Shown here: one piece after another, positions 27,322 to 37,155 of the stretch
Layout of the letters: each line of letters opens with the position of its first letter
Position numbering within the stretch: position 1 is the stretch's first letter
Assembly (NCBI GenBank): GCA_002011035.2
Contig: MTLY02000003.1
Coordinates: forward strand, 544,001 to 608,000
Direction: 5' to 3'
DNA length: 64,000 nucleotides
DNA from: Candidatus Hecatella orcuttiae
GTDB lineage: Archaea; Thermoproteota; Bathyarchaeia; Hecatellales; Hecatellaceae
Made by a program: the position numbers and the translations under genes
The notes under the pieces: generated by a model
What the model was told of the DNA's origin: nothing
The model's database searches: none
Seen by the model: the letters and a program-made list of their open reading frames with translations, nothing else

Positions 27322-28167
27322 TCAAAGCTTTTGAGGCTTCTCCATGAGCTTCCGCTTGGCCATGAGGCTTCCGTCCTTGTGGTGCGGCTTCCTCAGGAGA
27401 ACATCAGGGGCCTTCTCGATCTCCCTCGCCTCGTCAGCCATCTTGGAGGCCGCCCTAACCATTTCGTGGGCCGCTGCCACCAAGGGAATGTAGCGTTCTC
27501 TTTCCTGAACCACAAAGCAGCCTTCCACATCTAACTCCGCCACCTTCCTCAGCATCTCGTAGGCGGCTAGGGCTTTCACTTTGGCGTAGGGGTTCTGAAA
27601 CTCCGCTGCCTCCACGGCCTTTTCCTTGTTCACCACTATCTTGGGGAGCTCCGGCTTCTCTCCCTTCTTCACAGCCTCCACCACCCTATCCAGCTCAGTG
27701 TACAGGAGGTGGAAGCTGCCGGTTATGGCCAGAACCTTGATGATGTCAGCGTTGAACACCGCCATCTCCACGGGATCGAGGAACTCCCTCCTAGCCCCAA
27801 TCATGGCGTCCCCCTCCACGATGATGTAGCCGAAGCCTTTCTCCCCCAGTTCTTTGGCTATCTTCTTGGATGGACCGTCGGAGACCACGATGGTAGGCAC
27901 CCCGGCTCCAGCCATCTTCTCCCGAACCTTGGCGGGACCCGGCAGGGCAGCGTTGGGGCTGGCCACCACCACGAAGGCAGGTTTGAAGCTTAAGATGCTG
28001 TCAGCCACTTCCCCCGCTTGCTCCGGCCCCAGTTTGGCTCCGGAGCTTACCACTCTCACGTCTATGTCTTCCCTGTCAGCTCTTTCGTCCAGAAGCATTT
28101 CGAGAAGAGGGGCGGATGCGATGTTTCCTAATTTGACGAATCCGATCTTCACAACCACAACCATCAC
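27322..28167 (-). CDS. mtd: F420-dependent methylene-H4MPT dehydrogenase
   Basis: KLGNI, LDERADREDI, MIGARREFLDPVEMA.FN. Confidence 0.96.
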   Translation of the reverse strand: MMVVVVKIGFVKLGNIASAPLLEMLLDERADREDIDVRVVSSGAKLGPEQAGEVADSILSFKPAFVVVASPNAALPGPAKVREKMAGAGVPTIVVSDGPSKKIAKELGEKGFGYIIVEGDAMIGARREFLDPVEMAVFNADIIKVLAITGSFHLLYTELDRVVEAVKKGEKPELPKIVVNKEKAVEAAEFQNPYAKVKALAAYEMLRKVAELDVEGCFVVQERERYIPLVAAAHEMVRAASKMADEAREIEKAPDVLLRKPHHKDGSLMAKRKLMEKPQKL

Positions 28168-28354
28168 CTTTAGGGAAAAAATAAGGCGAAAAGCCTCTTT
28201 AAACTTTCCATTACCTTCCGGTTATCCGATTTAAGTAAAATTTCATCATAAAAATACCAATCTCCCGTAAATAAGCGAGCACAAGGGCTCTGTGGAAAAT
28301 CTTTTAAACTTTCCGCGGCTAAAAAAGAGAATAAACAAAAAGAGAGGAGGAGCG

Positions 28355-29260
28355 ATGTCCAAACAAGTGGAAATTGAAGACACCTTCGCCGAAGCTTTCC
28401 CCATGTGGGTGAGCAGGTTTCTGATAACGGCGGAAAACGAGAAATGGGCCTTAACCTCCGCTAGGGCAGCCACAGGCTTCGCCGTCTCCATAATCATGTC
28501 CCCTGCTGAAGCTGGGGTTGAAAAGACGGTGAGCGGGGATGAGACCCCTGACGGAAGACCTGGGGCTATCGTTCATATCTACCACAGCAGCGGCCACGGC
28601 CTCAAAGACCAGTTGCTGAGGAGGATCGGCCAATGCGTCTTAACTTGTCCCACCACCGCTGCCTTTGACGCCTTAGGCAGCCAAGCGGTGAAGAGGCTGA
28701 AGATAGGAGCCAGCATCCGATACTTTGGAGACGGCTTCCAGAAAAAGGACACCGTGAAGGACCGAACGGTCTGGCGGATCCCCGTCATGGAGGGAGAATT
28801 CCTCATCGAAAGCCGGTTTGGAGTGAAACTGGGTGTAGCCGGAGGCAACTTCCTTGTGCTGGCGGAAAACGCCAAAGCCGGACTTGAGGCAGCTGAAAGG
28901 GCGGTGGAAGCCGTGGTGGGTAAAGTGGACGGAGTGGTCATGAGCTTCCCAGGCGGCGTCTGCCGGTCGGGCTCTAAGGTCGGCTCCATGAAGTATAAGC
29001 TTCCAGCCTCCACCAACCACCTCTACTGCCCTGTCCTCCGGGATGTGGTCTCCGACACGCTGATCCCTGAAGGCGTCAAATGCGTCTACGAGCTCATCTT
29101 CAACGGCATCAACTTGGCTTCAGTCAAGGAAGCTATGAAGAAAGGTATCGAAGCCTCCGCAGCCGTTCCAGGGGTGGTGAAGATTTCAGCCGCTAACTTC
29201 GGCGGCAAACTTGGCCCCTACAAGATATACCTGAAAAAACTGGGATTATCCCTTCCGTGA
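28355..29260 (+). CDS. ftr: Formylmethanofuran:H4MPT formyltransferase
   Basis: IEDTFAEAF, TPDGRPG, RIGQCVLTCPT, SGSKVGS, ASTN, NFGGKLG; ATG after GGAGGAG. Confidence 0.96.
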   Translation: MSKQVEIEDTFAEAFPMWVSRFLITAENEKWALTSARAATGFAVSIIMSPAEAGVEKTVSGDETPDGRPGAIVHIYHSSGHGLKDQLLRRIGQCVLTCPTTAAFDALGSQAVKRLKIGASIRYFGDGFQKKDTVKDRTVWRIPVMEGEFLIESRFGVKLGVAGGNFLVLAENAKAGLEAAERAVEAVVGKVDGVVMSFPGGVCRSGSKVGSMKYKLPASTNHLYCPVLRDVVSDTLIPEGVKCVYELIFNGINLASVKEAMKKGIEASAAVPGVVKISAANFGGKLGPYKIYLKKLGLSLP

Positions 29261-29269
29261 GGCTGAGGA

Positions 29270-29298
29270 TGTAGGGTGACAAAATAATTAACCCTACA
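29270..29298. terminator. 8-bp inverted repeat between convergent ftr and metF-like genes
   Basis: TGTAGGGT-N13-ACCCTACA, 10 nt after the ftr stop. Confidence 0.4.
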
Positions 29299-29372
29299 CC
29301 TAAAACAAAGCGTGTATATCAAACGGGCTGGAGGATGTTGCTGCAGTCTAGACTTCTGTTGGCATCTATCCT

Positions 29373-30107
29373 TCAGCGGCTTCTGAATTTCTGAAGCCTT
29401 TCCAGCAGCTCTTTGTCGCCTTCGTAGTCTCCAGCGCAAGTTGCGATGATGCCGTCCACAACCCCCTCAAGCTTCGCTGCGAATTCTTCAGCGCGGTCCA
29501 TGGTGGCGGTGACAGGCCACCCGATCATTTTAACCATCTCCGCATTTTTGGGAGTCCCCACCAAGAAGTAGGAGTAGATAGGCTTGTTCAAGCGTTTGCA
29601 CTCTTCAGCTATGACCTTCAACTGGTCGAAGGATTTATCGTCAAGCCTCATGAAGAAGACAAAGTCCCAGTCTCCCCTCACACGGGCGAGGGTACTCTCC
29701 ATGCTGGCGGCCAGCCGTGCACTGAGCAAACAGCCCAGCTTCAGGTTTTTGAGACGCACCGTCTTCTTGAGGAAATCCCGAGCCTCCTCCGAGTTTTTCA
29801 ACATCTTGATGGGTTCACCGTATTTTGGAATATCGCCCATGGTAAGCACCAAGCCGTCCAGGGGCACAGCGTCCGCCGCCAGGGCTAAACCGCCCACCTC
29901 AACAGGGCCCTTATAGTGCAGGATGAAGATGGGTATGACTATCTTTTCCGGGTATCTGGTCTTGAGCAGGCAGCTTATGGCGGTGCCGCTGGGCGCAGGC
30001 ATTCCTGCAGCGCTGTCGGTGACGTTCCAACCGTCAACTAGGTTCTTGGTTTCTTCGGCAAGTTTCAAAAACTTACGGGTTGGAACAAACTCGTGCAGTA
30101 TTTTCAA
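29373..30107 (-). CDS. Short MetF/MTHFR-like flavin TIM-barrel protein
   Basis: HEFVP, NVTDS..G.P, LVLTMGD.P motifs of the MTHFR fold. Confidence 0.7.
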   Translation of the reverse strand: MKILHEFVPTRKFLKLAEETKNLVDGWNVTDSAAGMPAPSGTAISCLLKTRYPEKIVIPIFILHYKGPVEVGGLALAADAVPLDGLVLTMGDIPKYGEPIKMLKNSEEARDFLKKTVRLKNLKLGCLLSARLAASMESTLARVRGDWDFVFFMRLDDKSFDQLKVIAEECKRLNKPIYSYFLVGTPKNAEMVKMIGWPVTATMDRAEEFAAKLEGVVDGIIATCAGDYEGDKELLERLQKFRSR

Positions 30108-30179
30108 GGATAATACCTCAATTTAAACAAAACCATTCAGTATTAAAATTTTTCCCAAACAGCGACGGAATGCGAAATG

Positions 30180-30202
30180 TAACATATATGTCATATGTGT
30201 TA
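30180..30202. promoter_or_regulatory. Palindromic candidate operator upstream of the metF-like gene
   Basis: TAACATATATG-T-CATATGTGTTA (10 of 11 positions symmetric). Confidence 0.45.
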
Positions 30203-30293
30203 TACTTTTTCAGCCGAGCTACTTCGGCCTACATAAAGGCCCGTTGGCTTAAAATTTCTCCGCCAGCCGGCCCCTTATCCAAGTCCGCCAGAA

Positions 30294-31079
30294 TTATGGG
30301 TTGAGCTTTTTCAAGCTTTCTTCAAGGTTTTTTATGGCCTCGACAGCAGGGCACGAGGGTGAATAGTCGAGAGGAGCCTTTCCCACCCTGTCCGCCTCAG
30401 CCAATTTCAAGTCATAGGGGATCATTTCCAGCAAAGGAATGCCGCATGCGGAGAGGGTTTGGCGGATGAAATCCTCCTCCTCTTTGCTCCTTAACTTGTT
30501 CCCCACGCCATAGAGTTTGGGTATCCCCAAGTCTTGGGCCAAGTGTTCTATCCGTTTGGCTGTTTCCACCGCTTGGCCTCCCGGCTCCACCACCACCAAG
30601 AGCGCTTCCACCCCGCGGACGGTGCCTCTGCCCAAGTGCTCCAAGCCGGCTTCCATGTCCATGACCACCGCTTCTCCCCTTTCGAGAAGCAGGTTTCTAA
30701 GAAGAGCGCGGAGGAGAGCGTTAGCCGGGCACATGCAGCCTGTGCCTCCCAGCTTAACCGTTCCCATGACCAGAAGCTGAACTCCGTCAGGGGCTGGGAC
30801 GCCGAACTTTTCCGCTAGGTCGCTGACTTTGGGGTTAAGCTTGTAGACGCCTGTGCTCGCGTCGAAGGCCGTCCTCTCCCGGATGAGTTCCGAGTTTTCG
30901 GACAGAGGCACGATCTTAGCGGCTGCCTCCGCTGGGAGCCCTAGAGTGTAGGCCAGGTTCATAGCCGGGTCGGCGTCCACGGCTAACACCCTATAGCCCT
31001 CCCTCGCCAGCAGTCGGCTTAGGGTTCCGGCCACTGTGGTCTTGCCGACTCCTCCCTTACCGGCCACGGCTACCTTCAT
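30294..31079 (-). CDS. cooC: CooC/AcsF nickel-insertion ATPase
   Basis: GKGGVGKT, DADP, GCMCP, DMEAGLEHLGRG. Confidence 0.93.
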   Translation of the reverse strand: MKVAVAGKGGVGKTTVAGTLSRLLAREGYRVLAVDADPAMNLAYTLGLPAEAAAKIVPLSENSELIRERTAFDASTGVYKLNPKVSDLAEKFGVPAPDGVQLLVMGTVKLGGTGCMCPANALLRALLRNLLLERGEAVVMDMEAGLEHLGRGTVRGVEALLVVVEPGGQAVETAKRIEHLAQDLGIPKLYGVGNKLRSKEEEDFIRQTLSACGIPLLEMIPYDLKLAEADRVGKAPLDYSPSCPAVEAIKNLEESLKKLNP

Positions 31080-31081
31080 GG

Positions 31082-31864
31082 TTAGCTCCTTTCCAGCATG
31101 GGTTTCTGAAGTTTCAGCAGCCTCCCGGCTACCTCTTCAACAAACCGGTAGGTGGTGGAGGCTTCAGGCAGCTTGAATATGGGTGCCCCTTCCAAGTCCA
31201 ACCGTTGGATCTGAGGGTCTGGGGGTATCATTCCCAAACTGGGTAGACCTATAGTTTTGGCTTCCTCCTCCAACTGGCCGCTGAACTCGGGGGGTATCCT
31301 GTTTCCGAGGATAAAGAGGCTGCGGAAGCGGAGGTCCAGCTCTCCCACCAGCTCTTTGATTCTTTCCACCGTCGTCAGGCCTCTCTTGGTCGCGTCGGTG
31401 AGGATGAGGAGGACGTCTAGGTCTCGGGTGGTTCTGCGGCTGAAATGCTCTAGTCCCGCCTCGCAGTCCACCACCATGAAGGCGTATCTGCCTTCCAGGG
31501 AATCCAAAAGTCTTCGGAGGATGGTGTTGACGTAGCAGTAGCAGCCCGGCCCCTCGGGTCTGCCCATGGTAAGCAGGTCGAAGCCCTCCGCCTCGACGAT
31601 GGAGGACAGAATCATGTAGTTGAGGTATTCATCCTTAGTCTGCTCTGGAGGAAGCCGGTCTTTCTCCCTCAGAAGGTCTTCCCTGATGTCGCCCACCGTC
31701 TTCGACGGGCGGACTCCTAGAAACTCTCCCAAGTTGGAATTCGGGTCAGCGTCCACGGCTAAGACCAGTTTCCCTGTTTTCTCCCACAGAATCCTCGTCA
31801 GTAGGGCTGCTATGGTGGTTTTGCCTGTTCCTCCTTTGCCTGAAACCGCCACGGAGAAGGTCAA
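31082..31864 (-). CDS. cooC: CooC/AcsF nickel-insertion ATPase (AcsF-like)
   Basis: GKGGTGKT, MGRPEGPGCYC, EAGLEHFSRR. Confidence 0.93.
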   Translation of the reverse strand: MTFSVAVSGKGGTGKTTIAALLTRILWEKTGKLVLAVDADPNSNLGEFLGVRPSKTVGDIREDLLREKDRLPPEQTKDEYLNYMILSSIVEAEGFDLLTMGRPEGPGCYCYVNTILRRLLDSLEGRYAFMVVDCEAGLEHFSRRTTRDLDVLLILTDATKRGLTTVERIKELVGELDLRFRSLFILGNRIPPEFSGQLEEEAKTIGLPSLGMIPPDPQIQRLDLEGAPIFKLPEASTTYRFVEEVAGRLLKLQKPMLERS

Positions 31865-32205
31865 CCTGCCTTATCCCCTGCTTTCACCCTCAGGGAGCGT
31901 ATCAGCTCCTCGCCCTTGGCCTTAACCTTCCCCCACGCGGATTCCAGCTCCTCCAAGCTCGCCTGACAGGTTTCCCACCGGCTGTAGGAGTCGATGAAAC
32001 CCAGCAGCTCTTGGAAGAGGGGCGAAGGAGTCAGCTTCATAACTTCCCCGCCCACGTCCACCTCGCTGATGAAGACTCCCCCCACCTTCTTCCAGTTCCC
32101 TATGACGTCGCGGAGAACAGTTCCCCCCTCTTCCATACAGGCGTAGAGTATGTCCTCAGCGATTCTTTCTTCACGGTTTTTCAGGTAGACTTTAAATTCG
32201 CACAT
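31861..32205 (-). CDS. cooT: CooT-family nickel-binding protein with helical C-terminal extension
   Basis: N-terminal MCE..VY, LRDVIG. Confidence 0.75.
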   Translation of the reverse strand: MCEFKVYLKNREERIAEDILYACMEEGGTVLRDVIGNWKKVGGVFISEVDVGGEVMKLTPSPLFQELLGFIDSYSRWETCQASLEELESAWGKVKAKGEELIRSLRVKAGDKAG

Positions 32206-32207
32206 GG

Positions 32208-34043
32208 TTAGGTTTCCTCTCCTCTGGATTTTTTAGGCGCCAAGAGGTCCATGAGCATTTTTTCCTCAGGCACCAGTTTCAAACCTTCCCTCCGCCTGAG
32301 CTTGACGTAGTGGGAGAGAATCTCTTCCACCTGGGAAGGTTCAAGTTTCCCCAGCGATGTTTCCCCCTCAAAAAACCTCCCGGGAACATCCTTGAAAGAA
32401 GGCCTGAAGCCCTCTTGGAGTTTAAACTTGTAGAGGTTGTGGAAAATCTTCCTGCCTAAAGCCTTAAGCTCCTCGACGGTCGTTTCCACCCCCTCCGCCT
32501 TCAGAGCCTTGACCACAGCTTCCTCGGTGTAAACTCTCCTAGAAAAGTAGCAGGCTCCGAGGGAGTAGAGGACGTAGAGCCAGTTTTCCTCAGCCACCAG
32601 CCGCTCCGCCATCTCCCTAGGAGTCAGGGGCTTTTTCAAAGCCCTCTGGTCCACGGAGTAGCCTGCGTTGCTGAGATGGGAATGCCGAGCTCCCACAAGG
32701 CCTCCCACGATAAAGGCGGGGCCGGTCATGTAGCCTGCCGGCCCGTTTTTCCCCAGGTTCATGGCGAAGTCCAGTCCCCCGTACTTCTCAGCCGCCGCCT
32801 TCACTCCTTGAGCCAGCTTGGCGTAGAAGGGATTTCTGGTTTCCACGATGTTTTCCAGCATCCGAGCGTAGCTTTCCCAGTCCCCCCACCGGGGGACAAC
32901 GCCTAAACTGTCTTCCCTGCTCACCAAGCCTTTCTCATAGGCTTCAGTAGCCCAAGCGAGGACGTTTCCCGCTATCATGGCGTCTAGGGCGTGATATTCG
33001 CAGAGGAAAATGAGGCGAAGCAGCCCCTCAGGGTCGCTGATCTCCAAATTGGAGCCCAAGGCATACATGGGCTCGTAGTTATAGGGCACCTGAAACTCTT
33101 CCGTGAAGATTTCCCGCCTAGCCTTCTCATGCTCAGGGGCGAAGGGCACCGCCAGCCGGGCTACATGGATGCAGGCGACGGGACATCCGGGGCAGGAGAT
33201 TTTTCTCCTCAGAAAGGCCTCCGCGTAAACGTCTCCGGAAATTTTCTCCACACCCTCAAACCGGGGCTTCTGAAAGTTTCTGGTGGGCAAGGCGCCCATC
33301 TCGTTCAGGACGAGGAGGTTTTCCGGGGTTCCTAAGTTGTGGTATTTAGCCATCACCTCGCCTTCCACTATCTTCCGGTGGAACTCCTCGTAGAGGGCTT
33401 TGGCCTCATCCGCCTTTTTCAGAGGCCGCTCTCTGGTTCCGGTGACCTGCAAAGCTTTAAGCTTCTTACTTCCCAGCACAGCCCCCAAGCCCAGTCTGCC
33501 AAAGTGATGGTAGCGGTCTACCAGAGCCCCTGCGTAGTAGACGAGGTTTTCTCCCGCCCGGCCGATGGACACTACGCTTCTCATCCCCTCAGGGGAGCCT
33601 CTCAAAGTTTTTTCCACCTGAAAAGTGGAAACCCCCCAAAGGGATGAAGCCTGCTCCAGCTTCACCTCCTCATCCGAGATCCTGAGGACCGAGGGCTTCT
33701 CGGCGGCTCCCTTGACCACCACAGCCCCATAGCCGGCTAGGGTGAGAGCTGTGGCCAGATGGCCGCCGGCGTGGCTTTCGCCTAGGTTGCCTGTCAAGGG
33801 TGATTTGAAGAAGGCGAAGGCCTTGACCATGCAGGGGAAAACAGCCGTCAAAGCCCCGACGGTAAAGATTACAGGAGCCTCGGGGGAGAAGGGGTCAACG
33901 CGAGGTGGGCATTCTTCTAAAAGTAGTTTAGAACCTACACCCGGGCCTCCCAAGTATTTTTTGAACAGCTCCCCGCCTTCCACCACCTTGGTGCTTTGCT
34001 CCGTCAAGTCGATGTAGAGAATTCTTTCGCGCATTTTCCTCAC
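32208..34043 (-). CDS. Tungsten aldehyde:ferredoxin oxidoreductase-family large subunit
   Basis: KSPLTG, IGRAGE, GRLGLGAVLGSKKLKA, LPTRNF, CPGCPVAC, YEP. Confidence 0.9.
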   Translation of the reverse strand: MRKMRERILYIDLTEQSTKVVEGGELFKKYLGGPGVGSKLLLEECPPRVDPFSPEAPVIFTVGALTAVFPCMVKAFAFFKSPLTGNLGESHAGGHLATALTLAGYGAVVVKGAAEKPSVLRISDEEVKLEQASSLWGVSTFQVEKTLRGSPEGMRSVVSIGRAGENLVYYAGALVDRYHHFGRLGLGAVLGSKKLKALQVTGTRERPLKKADEAKALYEEFHRKIVEGEVMAKYHNLGTPENLLVLNEMGALPTRNFQKPRFEGVEKISGDVYAEAFLRRKISCPGCPVACIHVARLAVPFAPEHEKARREIFTEEFQVPYNYEPMYALGSNLEISDPEGLLRLIFLCEYHALDAMIAGNVLAWATEAYEKGLVSREDSLGVVPRWGDWESYARMLENIVETRNPFYAKLAQGVKAAAEKYGGLDFAMNLGKNGPAGYMTGPAFIVGGLVGARHSHLSNAGYSVDQRALKKPLTPREMAERLVAEENWLYVLYSLGACYFSRRVYTEEAVVKALKAEGVETTVEELKALGRKIFHNLYKFKLQEGFRPSFKDVPGRFFEGETSLGKLEPSQVEEILSHYVKLRRREGLKLVPEEKMLMDLLAPKKSRGEET

Positions 34044-34046
34044 AGG

Positions 34047-34481
34047 TCACTCTTTCATTTCTTCGTATTTGAAGACGTTGTGGGGGCAGAACTTGGCGCA
34101 GTCTCCGCATCGGTCGCAGACAATGGGGGAAGGTATCTTAGCCTTGAAGTCTATGGCCAAGGCCCCAAGCTTACAGGCGTGAACGCAGTCGTAGGTTTTA
34201 CATCCCTCACATTTGGCAGGGGTCAGCGATATGCCTCCCTCGGGAAGAGCGCTGAGGGCCTCCTGCGGACAGGCTTTGACGCATTCAGGGTCTTTGCAAA
34301 ACCGGCATGCTATCACATGGTAGGGGTTCTCTAGGCTTCCAGTTTCTCGAACGAAGACTGCTGTGCGGTTGACATCCACGGCATTGTAAAGATGCCTGGA
34401 GCAGGCGTAGACGCAGTTGTAGCAGCCGATGCACCTGTTGGGGTGGAGGACTTCTATGTGAAAACGCATCCCGATTACCAT
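34047..34481 (-). CDS. Multi-[4Fe-4S] ferredoxin-like small subunit
   Basis: CIGCYNCVYAC, CRFC..PECVKACP, CEGC...CVHAC, CDRCGDCAKFCP. Confidence 0.9.
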   Translation of the reverse strand: MVIGMRFHIEVLHPNRCIGCYNCVYACSRHLYNAVDVNRTAVFVRETGSLENPYHVIACRFCKDPECVKACPQEALSALPEGGISLTPAKCEGCKTYDCVHACKLGALAIDFKAKIPSPIVCDRCGDCAKFCPHNVFKYEEMKE

Positions 34482-34492
34482 GTATCAGATTT

Positions 34493-35947
34493 TCAGGTTT
34501 TTCGACCCTCTGGAGGCCGGGCCTCAGGAACTTGCCAGCTTTTCGACAGGAAATCCTTGATCTGGGATGAATCCTGAGGGCCTACCATAACCTCCCAGTG
34601 AGTGTCATCTTCCACATCTCCCCTCAGCCTAGCCGCTTTTCCAGGGAGGATCAGCTTCCTATGCTCCACTTTCTTTTCGATACCTGAAGATTCAACCACC
34701 TGTTTTACACGGGCGGAAGTGAACTGGCCGCCGGCCACGGAAACCTCCACAGCCAAGCCTTCTGTGTCGATCACCAGCACGTAGCCTGAAATCCCCGCCG
34801 ACTCCAAGTCGCCCAACACCGTGTAGGCAGTCAGGGCGAAGTTGGTGGTCACGAACACGGGGGACAGTCTATCAGGTTTACCCACCTCCCTTAAACCCGG
34901 CTCTATGGCCACAGGCTTCCGAGGGTCAGTGTAGATGTTCTGCCTCAGGGAGACGAGAGGGAGAAGGGTCCAAGGCTCCAAGGCGTGGAGGATGAGGATG
35001 TCTGAAAACCTGACGAGGAAGAGCGACGCCATGTAGGCTTCTTTAAAGGCAAGAGCCTGAGGATCCCCAGGGTTCTCCCCAGCCATCCAAACGGTGAGGG
35101 GCGCTGCCAAGAGGGGGTAGCCCAGCTCTTCGTCTTCCTGCTCGATGGCAGCCCGCCGGATCATGGTGAAGTTGTTGAAGGTCTCCCCGAGAAGATGCCC
35201 TTCGGTGTAGGTTCCGGGGTCTAAGACCAGCTCTCTCAGCCCCATGGCTTGGAGGGTTCGGCTTAGGGATTTGAGAAGCGGGAGATTGTTGGGGGCGAAA
35301 ACAGCCAAAGGCAGCTTATATTGAAGAGCTAAGGTGGCGACTTCCCTCCAGTTATCCTTGGTAGCCGCGTAGAGAAGCGGCCTCCGGTCGAAGACTCCCT
35401 TCTGCTCCACCGCCAGCCTCAAAGCTTCAGGGTTGAAGGAGCATAGAATCATGGGGAGGCTGCAGTTTTTAGCCGCCAAAGCCACGGCCTGAGCGAACCT
35501 TTCAGGGTTGTCGGAAGCGCAGCGGATGGCCACCATATCCAACCTAAGAGGCATTCCCATCCGTGTGACTTGGTATTCCTCCACCTTTCTGCACCGTTCC
35601 ACTATCTCAGAGTCTTCCAACTTATCGCTGACATCGACGGCTAAGGCGGTGGGGTTGTGGTAGGTTAACTCATGCCTATACATCACTTCCTTCCCGCCCA
35701 CTTTGACAGCTCTGTCCCCGACGCCTATGACAACCTCCCGAACCGGCGGGGCGAGGAGCTTGACCAACTGCTGGTGTTGCTTCCCGTACTTGGAAGCCTC
35801 CTCGATGAGGGGTTTACACTCCTCCACCGCCGCCTTCCTGTCCAGTAGCTTGGCGGCGAAGGACATGCAGCTTACTTCACCGCACTTGCCGCAGTTGGTT
35901 TGGGGAAGCAGCTTATAGACCGTGAGCATGGTAACCTTTTCCGGCAT
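34493..35947 (-). CDS. cdhE: ACDS gamma subunit (corrinoid Fe-S protein, large)
   Basis: LPQTNCGKCG..SCMSFA, EVMYRHE, IYTDPRKP, TTNFALT. Confidence 0.97.
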   Translation of the reverse strand: MPEKVTMLTVYKLLPQTNCGKCGEVSCMSFAAKLLDRKAAVEECKPLIEEASKYGKQHQQLVKLLAPPVREVVIGVGDRAVKVGGKEVMYRHELTYHNPTALAVDVSDKLEDSEIVERCRKVEEYQVTRMGMPLRLDMVAIRCASDNPERFAQAVALAAKNCSLPMILCSFNPEALRLAVEQKGVFDRRPLLYAATKDNWREVATLALQYKLPLAVFAPNNLPLLKSLSRTLQAMGLRELVLDPGTYTEGHLLGETFNNFTMIRRAAIEQEDEELGYPLLAAPLTVWMAGENPGDPQALAFKEAYMASLFLVRFSDILILHALEPWTLLPLVSLRQNIYTDPRKPVAIEPGLREVGKPDRLSPVFVTTNFALTAYTVLGDLESAGISGYVLVIDTEGLAVEVSVAGGQFTSARVKQVVESSGIEKKVEHRKLILPGKAARLRGDVEDDTHWEVMVGPQDSSQIKDFLSKSWQVPEARPPEGRKT

Positions 35948-35954
35948 GGCTCCA

Positions 35955-37154
35955 TCACCCTAAGGCTGTGATCCAGTTTTCGATATTCTGCTCAGCCTTC
36001 CTTTCTCCCCAAAAACATTCCACCAGCTGCTTCATCACCAGAAGGGCAGCGGGGTGGCTCATCAAGAAGATGTCGCAGCCGGCTGAGAGAAGAGTGGTGG
36101 CTGTGACGACCTCCCACAGAGGTCCTCGAACCTCTCTAGGACCCCAGTCTTCGATTTTAAGCCAAGCTTCCCGGGCTCCCCAAGCGTTGGACACAGGGCC
36201 TACCAGCGGCATCTGAAGCTCTGGGTCGCCTTTGAGAGCCGCCTGCCTCATCCGCTCCATGAAGCTGAAGGTGTACTCCAGACCGTAGCCTAGGGCCGCC
36301 GTGGTAGGGTCCATGACGATCTGCTCGGGGGTGAGGCCTTCGTCCAGCAGAAGCCTGTTGAGCTTTTTCTGGTTGTTGATGTCCATGGAGGTAAAAGAGA
36401 GCACCACGTGGCCGTGTTTCTTCACAGCCTCCGCCACCCTTTTGTAGTCGATGTCCAGCATGGCTCCGTTGATGATGCAGCGTTCCCCATGGGCTGCTTC
36501 CGCAGCCGCCTCCAAGACCAAAGGGTCCTTCTGCTTGTTTCCCGACCCCCCAATCATGAGGGGGACGTCAACGGCCTGCAAGACTTCTTCGACCACCTTG
36601 GTTGCTTCTCGAGGGGAGGCATCCTTCAACCCCGGGTCTGTGCTGACCAAGTTCAAGTCCACCATATCAGCGCCGAACTCTTCCACGCATTTTTTAGCCC
36701 ATTCCCCAGGGTCGTCCATTACATCTTCGTAATGTTGCCTAACCGGCTTGGCGAGGGTGAGAGGCATGTCGAAGATGTCGATAGCGAAAACAGGCCGGTG
36801 GGGGTTTAGCCCCTCGAAGCCGTAGAGAGGAGGATATTTTTCACCTCCTACTTTCAGCACTTTCCCTCGGCTGCCCCCCTCAGCTTTCGTGGCGCCCAGT
36901 TGAACCTCCACTACTTGGCCTTGATACTGGTGAATTGGGGGAGTGAAGGAAGCTTCCATAAGCTGCGTGACGGCTTCAGGTTTGGGAGCAGCAGCTTCGA
37001 CGGGGGGACGTACAGCCGCTGTGAGGGTGGGCTGAAATATTAGGGTTAGCTCTTCAGCAGTTATTTCCACTCCTTCTATTTCAATTTCTCCCAGCTTCTC
37101 CAGTAGCTCATGAAGTTTCCGTCCGAGAATCTGAACCTCGGAGTCTTCGCCCAT
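35955..37154 (-). CDS. cdhD: ACDS delta subunit (corrinoid Fe-S protein, small)
   Basis: IGGSGN..KDP, MDPTTAALGYGLEY, NAWGAREAW. Confidence 0.97.
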   Translation of the reverse strand: MGEDSEVQILGRKLHELLEKLGEIEIEGVEITAEELTLIFQPTLTAAVRPPVEAAAPKPEAVTQLMEASFTPPIHQYQGQVVEVQLGATKAEGGSRGKVLKVGGEKYPPLYGFEGLNPHRPVFAIDIFDMPLTLAKPVRQHYEDVMDDPGEWAKKCVEEFGADMVDLNLVSTDPGLKDASPREATKVVEEVLQAVDVPLMIGGSGNKQKDPLVLEAAAEAAHGERCIINGAMLDIDYKRVAEAVKKHGHVVLSFTSMDINNQKKLNRLLLDEGLTPEQIVMDPTTAALGYGLEYTFSFMERMRQAALKGDPELQMPLVGPVSNAWGAREAWLKIEDWGPREVRGPLWEVVTATTLLSAGCDIFLMSHPAALLVMKQLVECFWGERKAEQNIENWITALG

Positions 37155-37155
37155 T

